This document shows, piece by piece, positions 56,597-64,000 of a DNA stretch of 64,000 nt (its first letter is position 1; each line of letters begins with the position of its first letter). Location of the stretch: the NCBI GenBank assembly GCA_030753015.1, contig JASMDC010000014.1:16440-80439 (forward strand). The letters run 5' to 3'. This DNA is from Candidatus Undinarchaeales archaeon (GTDB lineage Archaea; SpSt-1190; JASMDC01). Below the pieces are notes generated by a model that ran no database searches, was not told the origin of the DNA, and worked only from the letters and a program-made list of their open reading frames with translations. The position numbers were made by a program, and so were the translations under genes.

Positions 56597-58171
56597 CTAC
56601 ACTTTCTTGCACACGAGCTTTGCGGGCTCGTTGAGCATCACGGGACCGTCCTCAGTGATGACGACGTCGATCTCCTTGCGGAACCCTCCCCAGCCCTCGA
56701 TGTAGATACCGGGCTCGACGGTGACGACCTCACCGGCCTCAAAGGCTTTTGTGGCCCGGCTGCTCACGCCGTTGCCGAGGTCGTGGACGGTGAATCCGAG
56801 CGCGTGACCGGTACCGTGACGGAAATCAGCGTATCCGGCCTTCTTGAGCACGCCCCGGGCGGCCCTGTCGGCCTCGTACCCACGGGACCCGACGTTGAGT
56901 TCGTCCACGGCAGCATAGATCGCCTTGTCCATGGCCTCGTCCATAGCGAGGACATCATCGGTGGGTTTCTCGCCCATATACACCATGTAGGTGATGTCGG
57001 AGCACATCCCCGAGGGGAGCTGGCATCCTAGATCGATGAGTATGACGTCGCCCTTCTTGGCATCCCGATCAGTGGGGATGAGGTGGTGGATGTTGGCTGC
57101 GTTCTCTCCAATGGCCACAAGAGGCGTGAACGATGGATCGAGCCCGCGCTTCTCCCACTCTTCCATTACACGATCGTATATCTCCTTCTCAGTGGTCCCC
57201 ACATCGATGGTGTCGATGACCTGCTCAACGACATCCTTCGTTATATCGACGGCCTTCCGGATATCGGCGATCTCCTCCGAGGTCTTGGCCTTGCGAACGT
57301 CGAAGAATAGCCCGTCAGCCGAGCTGAGGTTACCGGAGCTGGCCTTCTCGAGAAGCTCGTAGTTACCCTGCGTGATCTCGGGATTGTAGAGCACCTTGCT
57401 GCTCCCGTCTAGCTCGTTCTCGAGAACGGACTTGAACTGTACCGAGTCATCGTACGTGAGCACTCGGTCGAACGTCCCGGTGCTAATGTTCGAAACATCC
57501 GCTGACGAGACGAGGGCGACCTTCTCCCCATCGGATTTGACTATGACTGCGGATCGCTCGTCATCTGCGCGACCGAGCGTGTATGTCGTGATGATATCGG
57601 CTGCTTGACCGATACCGGAAAGCATGACGAGCACATCAGCCCCGGCCTTCTTCACACCGGCCGCCAGCTGGTCAAGTCGCGTCGAACGGGTGGCATCGCT
57701 TGCCGTTATTGTCTTCTCCCTGGCTTTGACGTACCCGACAGAATCCCACATACCGTCCGCTCCTTTGAAATCAGCGGAGCTCGTGAGACCGGTGATGTCC
57801 TCGTAGGAGCTGTGTGAGAGGTAATCGGTGCGTGAATCGTCGGAGGAGGCATCGATGACAACGGGTCCTGCGGCACTATCGAGCGCTTTACCGATGTAAC
57901 CGTTGAACTCACTGTAGGAGTTCCATGCCTTGACCTCGTCGAACACGCCTGTCTGCTCCACCGCGCCTGCTTCCGCATGGCTGACGAACGCGACAGCGTC
58001 CCCCTGGGCTGGGATGTAGAACGCGGCAGGCCACGAGTTCGAGACCTCTGCGACCTTCTCGGCGTAGGGATCGGAACCTTCCTCGGTGTACACGAAGTAG
58101 CCTCCGAGGTCGTTGGTCTGGAGATAGGACTGGATCTCGTCGACCGTGTCACGCGAAAGATGTAGTTCCAT
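56597..58171 (-). CDS. M24 Xaa-Pro aminopeptidase/prolidase with extended (apparently duplicated) N-terminal domain
   Basis: KTSEEI, IHH, IDLG..CSDIT, HGTGHALG..VHD, TVEPGIY, RKEIDV. Confidence 0.9.
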   Translation of the reverse strand: MELHLSRDTVDEIQSYLQTNDLGGYFVYTEEGSDPYAEKVAEVSNSWPAAFYIPAQGDAVAFVSHAEAGAVEQTGVFDEVKAWNSYSEFNGYIGKALDSAAGPVVIDASSDDSRTDYLSHSSYEDITGLTSSADFKGADGMWDSVGYVKAREKTITASDATRSTRLDQLAAGVKKAGADVLVMLSGIGQAADIITTYTLGRADDERSAVIVKSDGEKVALVSSADVSNISTGTFDRVLTYDDSVQFKSVLENELDGSSKVLYNPEITQGNYELLEKASSGNLSSADGLFFDVRKAKTSEEIADIRKAVDITKDVVEQVIDTIDVGTTEKEIYDRVMEEWEKRGLDPSFTPLVAIGENAANIHHLIPTDRDAKKGDVILIDLGCQLPSGMCSDITYMVYMGEKPTDDVLAMDEAMDKAIYAAVDELNVGSRGYEADRAARGVLKKAGYADFRHGTGHALGFTVHDLGNGVSSRATKAFEAGEVVTVEPGIYIEGWGGFRKEIDVVITEDGPVMLNEPAKLVCKKV

Positions 58172-58249
58172 AGCTCTGTCCCAGGACGCATTTTAGCAGG
58201 CAAGGTTGCTTATATACTTTGTTACTCTGGAGGGGGGACAACCTCCCGG

Positions 58250-59638
58250 TCAATCTTCTTCGAACGATTTCATCATTAGGCTTGGGGTCACTAGGCTCGT
58301 GAAGATGACCATCCCGATGATTGCACCATAGAGGTCGGGACCGATGAGCCCGGAGTCCACAGCAAGGGTCGCGACGATCGATGCGATCTCTCCCCGCGGG
58401 ATCATCCCCATGGACGTGCGGGTGCACACACGCGCTGGCAGTCCAGCAAGACCTGCACCCATCAAGGTGCCGATGACCTTGCTGAGGGTCGCTGCAAGCA
58501 CGATGACGAAGAAGAGCGTCAGGGGAATGGATGTCATCTCGTTGACGTTCACCGACATACCGAGCGTGACAAAGAAGATCGGGGAGAGGATGTTGAACAT
58601 CGGTTCGAGGTACTCCTTGATACGCGTGATGCCCTTGCTCTCGGTTGTGGCAAGACCGGTAAGGAATGCAACGATGGCAGGTGAGAGCCCGAACAGCACC
58701 TCGCCCACGATGGCGCCAACGAAGCCAAGACCGAGAGCGAACCGGGCACCCAGGTCCTCAGCACCGATGTGGATTGATAGGTTGGTGAGATAGGGAATGA
58801 GCTTCAGGCACACAAGGGTGTACACCACACCGAACCCTATGGCCAATAAGGAAGCTTGGGCGATGCTCCCTGCCGACACGGCACCTCCGGAGACGATGAT
58901 GCTAGCAACGACCGTGAGGACCACAAGTGCGAGTACGTCATCGACCACGGCAGCGCCCAGGATCGTCGCTGCCTCCAGCGTCGTGCTCTTCCGCATCTCT
59001 TGGAGGATGCTCGCTGGGATGGAGGCCGAGGTGGGGGTGAAGGCCGCTCCCATGATGAGCGCTATCTGGAGCTTTTTCTGGGGCTCCTGGCCATCGGGGG
59101 CTATGACATACCAGTAGATGGCGAATCCAACGAGGAACGAGAATATAGCGTTAACGAACGCAGTGAGGAATGCGGCCTTGCCCTGGCTGCGAAGGGTGTT
59201 GATGTTCGCGTGCAGTCCCACCCCGAACAGGAGCAGGAACACTGCCAGCAGCTGGAAGAACTTGATGAACGTGAGGACCTCCCCCACGGGTGTCACCAGC
59301 CCGAGGAACGAGGGGCCTATGAGGATGCCGGCCATCATGAAGCCGATGACGGTCGGGGTACCGAAGAGCTTGCGTGAGACCTCTCCACCGATCTCGGCTG
59401 CGAGAAGGATGATACCCAGTACGACGAGCGGCTCGTTCGCCACATGGCGTAACTTCTCTGCTATCCCACCCTGGCTCGCACTATGTTCGCCCTCTCCGAC
59501 TTCAGGTGCGTGGGTCACGTTCGGGGCATCCGCTCCCGCTCCGGGGACCATGGCGAAGGCACTGACCAGCACCACAACGAGCGCCATGAGAAGCACATGG
59601 CGCGAGGCCGGAGGCATACCACTCAAACGGAAGGACAT
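58250..59638 (-). CDS. Cation:proton antiporter (CPA2/NapA-like)
   Basis: AGILIGPS, LLFGVGL, PTSASI, GAAVVDD, PIFFVTLG, MIPRGE. Confidence 0.92.
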   Translation of the reverse strand: MSFRLSGMPPASRHVLLMALVVVLVSAFAMVPGAGADAPNVTHAPEVGEGEHSASQGGIAEKLRHVANEPLVVLGIILLAAEIGGEVSRKLFGTPTVIGFMMAGILIGPSFLGLVTPVGEVLTFIKFFQLLAVFLLLFGVGLHANINTLRSQGKAAFLTAFVNAIFSFLVGFAIYWYVIAPDGQEPQKKLQIALIMGAAFTPTSASIPASILQEMRKSTTLEAATILGAAVVDDVLALVVLTVVASIIVSGGAVSAGSIAQASLLAIGFGVVYTLVCLKLIPYLTNLSIHIGAEDLGARFALGLGFVGAIVGEVLFGLSPAIVAFLTGLATTESKGITRIKEYLEPMFNILSPIFFVTLGMSVNVNEMTSIPLTLFFVIVLAATLSKVIGTLMGAGLAGLPARVCTRTSMGMIPRGEIASIVATLAVDSGLIGPDLYGAIIGMVIFTSLVTPSLMMKSFEED

Positions 59639-59710
59639 TCTTTAAAAAGAAACAGCTGAACGAAAGATTTATAACTGCGGAGTGACACTATATTTGCAGC
59701 GTGGTCCATA

Positions 59711-59956
59711 ATGGAGTACAGTTCGCAGGACGCGGTCAGTCATCTTGAGGATGCCTTGACCCCCGGTTATTTGAAGGCGCGCCGCTCCCGGCAGCAGGGA
59801 TTGCTCTGGTCGATGCGGGGAGCCGTCCGAGGCGCTAGCGGCTATGCTCTGATCTGGGCCAAGTTCTTCGTGCTCTTCTCGCTCTTCTGGGCCAAGAGCT
59901 ACGTCGAACGTGCCATCGACGCCGAACTGAGCAGAACGGAGATCGCTGGCGACTAG
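59711..59956 (+). CDS. Small hypothetical protein (81 aa, one hydrophobic helix)
   Basis: ORF downstream of TTTATAA, 30 bp before the radical SAM gene; typical codon usage. Confidence 0.5.
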   Translation: MEYSSQDAVSHLEDALTPGYLKARRSRQQGLLWSMRGAVRGASGYALIWAKFFVLFSLFWAKSYVERAIDAELSRTEIAGD

Positions 59957-59986
59957 GCCGTTCGCGGGCCGACAGGTACTGGCCCA

Positions 59987-61642
59987 ATGTCCAACGCTAT
60001 CCTCATCCATCCGCCCGCCACGTTCGATTTTCGGACGCGCCCGTTCTTTTCGGGTCCTGCCGGCCGTACACAACCCTACACCCACCAGTTCACTATGCTA
60101 CCTGTCGGACTGGTGTCCCTGGCCAACCTCCTCCACAGCGAGGGTATCGACGCCCGTGTAGTGAACCTCGGATCCCTTATGATCGAGGACCCGGGCCTGG
60201 ATGCCGAGCGCTACATACATGACCTCGAAGCTGACGTGTACGGGATTTCCCTCCACTGGATAGTACACGCCCACGGTGCCCTTGAGACGGCACGGCTCCT
60301 CAAGAAGCACCACCCTGACGCACGGATCGTTATGGGAGGCATCAGCGCTTCCGAGTTCTGGGAGAACGTACTCGACGAGCACCCCTATGTCGATGCGGTC
60401 GTTGTAGGGCCGGCCGAGGCCGCCATGGTACAGCTGGCCCGCGGACGACCGCTCGCGAAGGTCCCCGGCATCGCCCATCGAAAGGACGGTAGGCTGGTAA
60501 GGAACGAATCCGCCAAACCTCCAAAGGACATCGACGACCTTGATTACGCGACATTGGACCTTGTAGAGGGACGTGGATTCCTTGACTTCGATCCTGAAAT
60601 AGGTCTCAAGTACTGGTGCATCCCGACCATGCGCGGCTGCGTCTACCGGTGCTCGACCTGTGGTGGCTCATACGAGCCGTTCTGCCGGCAGTTCTCCGTA
60701 CAGCGACCCCTCCTCCGGAGCCCGGAGCGCATCGTCGACGACCTCAGTCGTCTGGCTGATACTGATATCAACGGTGTGTTCCTGTTCCATGACGTTCGCA
60801 TGGGAGGGAAGAAGTACTGGAAGCGCCTCGCGGAGCTCATTCGAAAGGAGCGGCCCGAGTTAGACCGCATCACCATGGAAATATTCTCTCCGGCATCACG
60901 CGAGTTCCTCCTCACCTGGTCAAAGCTACAAAGGGTTGGATTCACCATCTCTCCCGAGACGGCTGACGAGGACGTTCGTCGTGCCCAAGGACGACGTTAT
61001 AGTAACTCTGCGCTCGAGGCCACCCTGCGCACATGCGAGAGCCTCCATATCTACACGGGCGTGTACTACACCGTCGGATTGGGGCGCCAGACACGCACTA
61101 CTCTTGCATCCACTTGGTCCTCGTGGGAACGGCTGATAGGCCTCAACCGTGGGGACCGTATGTACGTAAAGCCGGACTTCGGGGTCCAGCTCATCGTCGA
61201 TCCAGGCTCGCCCGCTTTCCTCGATCCGTCCACGTATGGTTACACTCTGACGGCCCACACACTGGAGGACCACAGGACACTGCTCCTCGATCCCAGCTGG
61301 AAGTCGTGGTTCGGTTACCGCACCGACCATTTTGATTCGGAGGACCTTGCCGAGCTCGCTCTCGCCTCAGAACGCAGAATGACCATCGCCTATCGCAACG
61401 CCGGCGTGTTCAGTGAATGGGACGCGGAGGAACGTCTCCAGCGAACAGAGGACGAGTCCCTCCTCCTTGTCGAGCTCGACCGTATTGCAGAAAGACCGGA
61501 AGGGGATCAGGACCATTTGCTCCACGCTCTCGTCGATGAGGTCGGTGGACATGACCTTTCCGGCGTCACGGACGCATGGCGTCGCAGGATGCGCATGGGA
61601 CGGTTCGGCCGTCGTCTTGCCCGCGCGATGGGATTTAAATAG
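59987..61642 (+). CDS. B12-binding-domain radical SAM protein (TIGR04190-like)
   Basis: LIHPP..FDFR, PVGLVSL, GISLHWIVHAHG, RGCVYRCSTCGGS, ISPET, VDPGS. Confidence 0.85.
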   Translation: MSNAILIHPPATFDFRTRPFFSGPAGRTQPYTHQFTMLPVGLVSLANLLHSEGIDARVVNLGSLMIEDPGLDAERYIHDLEADVYGISLHWIVHAHGALETARLLKKHHPDARIVMGGISASEFWENVLDEHPYVDAVVVGPAEAAMVQLARGRPLAKVPGIAHRKDGRLVRNESAKPPKDIDDLDYATLDLVEGRGFLDFDPEIGLKYWCIPTMRGCVYRCSTCGGSYEPFCRQFSVQRPLLRSPERIVDDLSRLADTDINGVFLFHDVRMGGKKYWKRLAELIRKERPELDRITMEIFSPASREFLLTWSKLQRVGFTISPETADEDVRRAQGRRYSNSALEATLRTCESLHIYTGVYYTVGLGRQTRTTLASTWSSWERLIGLNRGDRMYVKPDFGVQLIVDPGSPAFLDPSTYGYTLTAHTLEDHRTLLLDPSWKSWFGYRTDHFDSEDLAELALASERRMTIAYRNAGVFSEWDAEERLQRTEDESLLLVELDRIAERPEGDQDHLLHALVDEVGGHDLSGVTDAWRRRMRMGRFGRRLARAMGFK

Positions 61643-61665
61643 TTTCATCAGGTGGCCGAATCCAA

Positions 61666-63006
61666 ATGAGTCCAGAGCCCTCTCCTGGGACCGAAGCCTT
61701 GCGGCGGGCCGAGGGTCTCCTGGACAAGCGCGACCTCGAAGGAGCGCTCGAGGTGGTCAACCAGGCCCTCCGTTCCGATGAGCAACTCGGGGAGGCATGG
61801 GTGCTAGCGGGGCTTATCAACCGTCGTCTAGGACAGTTCAATGAAGCGCTCAGATGCCTCACTGCGGCAAAGAACATCCTCCCCGGTGATGGCGAGGTCC
61901 TGCTCAACATCGGACTCACACTCGAAAGGAACGGGGACCTAACCGCTGCTACAGCCGCGTTTGAGGACGCGGTACGTGCCCTCGAGTCATTATGCGATCT
62001 AAAGCCCAAGGACGAGTTCCTGCTCAACGACCGGGGCGTGGCCCTCAGGAGGCTAGACTCAGTAAGGAAGCGTGCAGGCCTCGTGACAGCGACCGACTCA
62101 GACGTGCTATCCCGGGCAAAAGAGTGCTTCCAGAAAGCCTGCGATCTGAACAGGGGTTACGCGGAGGCATGGAACAACCTCGGTCTGGTCACGCTCGAGC
62201 TCAGGCGCTCCTATGCCGAACCATGGACCGAGTCTTCGGTCAGCGAGGCCGTTGCCCATTTCAAGAAGGCGATCTCCTGCGATTCGTCCCTCAAGGAACC
62301 GTGGAACAACCTCGGCGAGGTGTACGAGAAGCTCGGTGAGCTCGGGGAGGCCGAACATTACCTCCGCTGGGCCGTGTGGATGGATCCCAAGGACGAGTGC
62401 GCATGGAACAACCTCGGCCTGCTCTATAAACGTATGGAGATGCGGGAGAAAGCTCGAGGATGCTTTATCGCCGCCACGAACCTAAATCAAGAGTACGCTG
62501 AGGCCCTTGACAATCTAGGTTCGTTGTTCTTCGAGGACGGACACCTCCAGCAAGCACGGGAGATGCTCACGCGGGCCATCAAAGCGGATAGGACCCTCGC
62601 TGAGGCATGGACGAGTCTTGGTGCGGTCTATGGCAAGCTTGGCGACCTCGACCAGGCCACCGCCTGCCTTCAGAACGCCCTGAAGCTCACCAATGACCGG
62701 GATCCGTCCGCCTGGAACGACCTCGGCATCACGTTATTGCGGCAGAACAAGCATAATGAAGCGCTCTCATGCTTCTCAAAGGCATTGGCCCTCGATGAGA
62801 GCGATGCCGAGCTATGGAACAACATCGGAGAGGTGTACATGGTCGTTGGCCTGTTCGACAAGGCTGCTGACCATTTCGATAAAGCATGCCTTCTGAAAGG
62901 AAAGAACCCGATCTACTGGCGTAACGCTGCCAAGGCCGCCGAGGCACAGGGACGGACCGACCAGGCAAGGATGCACCTCGACCACGCTCGGTCTCTTGAA
63001 GGGTAG
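61666..63006 (+). CDS. Tetratricopeptide-repeat protein
   Basis: About ten AWNNLG..Y...G....A...F..A repeats. Confidence 0.92.
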   Translation: MSPEPSPGTEALRRAEGLLDKRDLEGALEVVNQALRSDEQLGEAWVLAGLINRRLGQFNEALRCLTAAKNILPGDGEVLLNIGLTLERNGDLTAATAAFEDAVRALESLCDLKPKDEFLLNDRGVALRRLDSVRKRAGLVTATDSDVLSRAKECFQKACDLNRGYAEAWNNLGLVTLELRRSYAEPWTESSVSEAVAHFKKAISCDSSLKEPWNNLGEVYEKLGELGEAEHYLRWAVWMDPKDECAWNNLGLLYKRMEMREKARGCFIAATNLNQEYAEALDNLGSLFFEDGHLQQAREMLTRAIKADRTLAEAWTSLGAVYGKLGDLDQATACLQNALKLTNDRDPSAWNDLGITLLRQNKHNEALSCFSKALALDESDAELWNNIGEVYMVVGLFDKAADHFDKACLLKGKNPIYWRNAAKAAEAQGRTDQARMHLDHARSLEG

Positions 63007-63046
63007 TCGAAGCCAGCTAGCGCCCGGGCTCACCGTTCTTGTAGAG

Positions 63047-63153
63047 TGCGGGGGAAGGGACATCCGGAGGCCTATCAACCTCATTCGAACCCTTGAAGGC
63101 GCTGAGCCAACAGATCTTGAGTCTGCCGCGTTTGGCCGCTCCGCCACCCCCGC
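63047..63153 (-). tRNA. tRNA-Leu(CAA) with 23-nt intron at position 59/60 (intron 63061-63083)
   Basis: GCGGGGGTGGCGGAGCGGCCAAACGCGGCAGACTCAAGATCTGTTGGCTCAGCGCCTTCAAGGGTTCGAA[TGAGGTTGATAGGCCTCCGGATG]TCCCTTCCCCCGCA; long variable arm; BHB motif. Confidence 0.92.
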
Positions 63154-63183
63154 AGGGGAGTATCAGGAGGGCTAGCCCGAAGG

Positions 63184-64000
63184 CTAGCCCATCTTACTGA
63201 GTTCTTCTTGGAGCTTCTTGATCGAACCCTCGAGTTCGCTCATAGCCTCGCTCTTCTTCCGCTCAGATGGCTTCGGGACACGTGCTCCGCTCCTCTTTTC
63301 CTCAAGGCTCTCAGGCCTCATGAAGTTCTTCTGGACCTCCTTGATGACCTTCTGGAGTCCCTCGACATTGCCATACCAGATGGCGATCGCCTGGTTCTCC
63401 AACTGGTTGAGTGTCTTGAGGGTCATAAGGACATCGTCCAGGTTCTGCACATGGTCCATGAGCGAGTAGATGCTCTTAGAAACCTCACCATATCGGTCGA
63501 CGCGGATGAACAGCGGGACCGAGCTAGGCAACGGTACACTCTCTGCGGGGCCAGCTGCTGAGGGCCTTGCCGCAGGGGGCGGCGCTCTCGGTGCAGCGGC
63601 TGCAGGAGGTGGTGCTGCAGGTGGAAGTGCCGCGGGCGGAGGTGCTGCCGGCATCCCGCCAGGAGGTGGAGGCATCCCACCAGGAGGTGGAGGCATCCCA
63701 CCAGGAGGTGGAGGCATCCCACCAGGAGGTGGAGGCATCCCACCAGGAGGCGGAGGCATACCGGGAGGTGGCATACCGCCAGGGGGAGGGCCACCGGGTG
63801 GAGGGGGCATACCCGGGACTCCGCCGGGGGGCATCATGCCGGGTTTAGGAGGCATACCACCGGGAGGTGGACCACCGGGAGGCATTCCAGGGGGAGGGCC
63901 GCCGGGAGGCATTCCGGGAGGAGCCATGCCGGGTTTGGGCGGCATTCCGGGAGGGCCCATGCCGGGTTTGGGCGGCATTCCGGGAGGGCCCATGCCGGGT
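63184..64000 (-). CDS. Proline-rich repeat protein with C-terminal coiled-coil domain (5' end beyond window)
   Basis: PPPPGGM and PPKPGMGPPGM repeats, then PLFIRVDRY...E...I..W...V helical domain. Confidence 0.8.
   Translation of the reverse strand, partial: PGMGPPGMPPKPGMGPPGMPPKPGMAPPGMPPGGPPPGMPPGGPPPGGMPPKPGMMPPGGVPGMPPPPGGPPPGGMPPPGMPPPPGGMPPPPGGMPPPPGGMPPPPGGMPPPPGGMPAAPPPAALPPAAPPPAAAAPRAPPPAARPSAAGPAESVPLPSSVPLFIRVDRYGEVSKSIYSLMDHVQNLDDVLMTLKTLNQLENQAIAIWYGNVEGLQKVIKEVQKNFMRPESLEEKRSGARVPKPSERKKSEAMSELEGSIKKLQEELSKMG
63650..63759. repeat. 21-bp coding tandem repeat, 5 copies (PPPPGGM)
   Basis: Unit GGCATCCCACCAGGAGGTGGA at 63650, 63671, 63692, 63713 and 63734, with single-base variants. 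Confidence 0.9.
63908..64000. repeat. 33-bp coding tandem repeat (PPKPGMGPPGM), continues off the window
   Basis: CCATGCCGGGTTTGGGCGGCATTCCGGGAGGGC repeated at least twice. Confidence 0.85.

Noticed and set aside
63650-64000. Tandem repeats as a CRISPR array
   Set aside because: The units abut with no unique spacers, have lengths that are multiples of 3 and encode Pro-rich protein; no cas genes are present.

Overview
A gene-dense, high-GC archaeal chromosomal segment, with TATA-type promoters, many leaderless starts, an archaeal initiator tRNA, a BHB-type tRNA intron, class III signal-peptide pilins and an archaeosortase. Several protein types suggest a DPANN-like lineage, but that is inference. 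Housekeeping and metabolic genes include a GH130+GH2 pair, AlaX, a GT3 glycogen synthase, spermidine synthase, RtcB, a HAD hydrolase, a PfkB kinase, RNase HII, a beta-CASP nuclease, GlpK, asparaginase, an M24 peptidase, a CPA2 antiporter, two radical SAM enzymes and several GT-C membrane glycosyltransferases. The standout locus is 29158-39145. A divergent tubulin/FtsZ-superfamily (CetZ-like) GTPase heads a tightly packed operon of four secreted, membrane-anchored proteins. It is head-to-head, across one palindromic TATA element, with a 620-aa protein carrying a zinc ribbon and four tandem ubiquitin-like domains. Also notable: a tRNA-Leu(CAA) with a T-loop (59/60) intron, a structured leader that can pair over the RBS and AUG of a PAS/GAF sensor gene, an 11-bp-phased GTTA array between two divergent wHTH-like genes, a membrane protein with a cytosolic 8-Cys finger, and a polyproline-repeat protein. 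No transposase, integrase, CRISPR array or rRNA was recognised. All family calls are motif recognition by eye, with no database searches.
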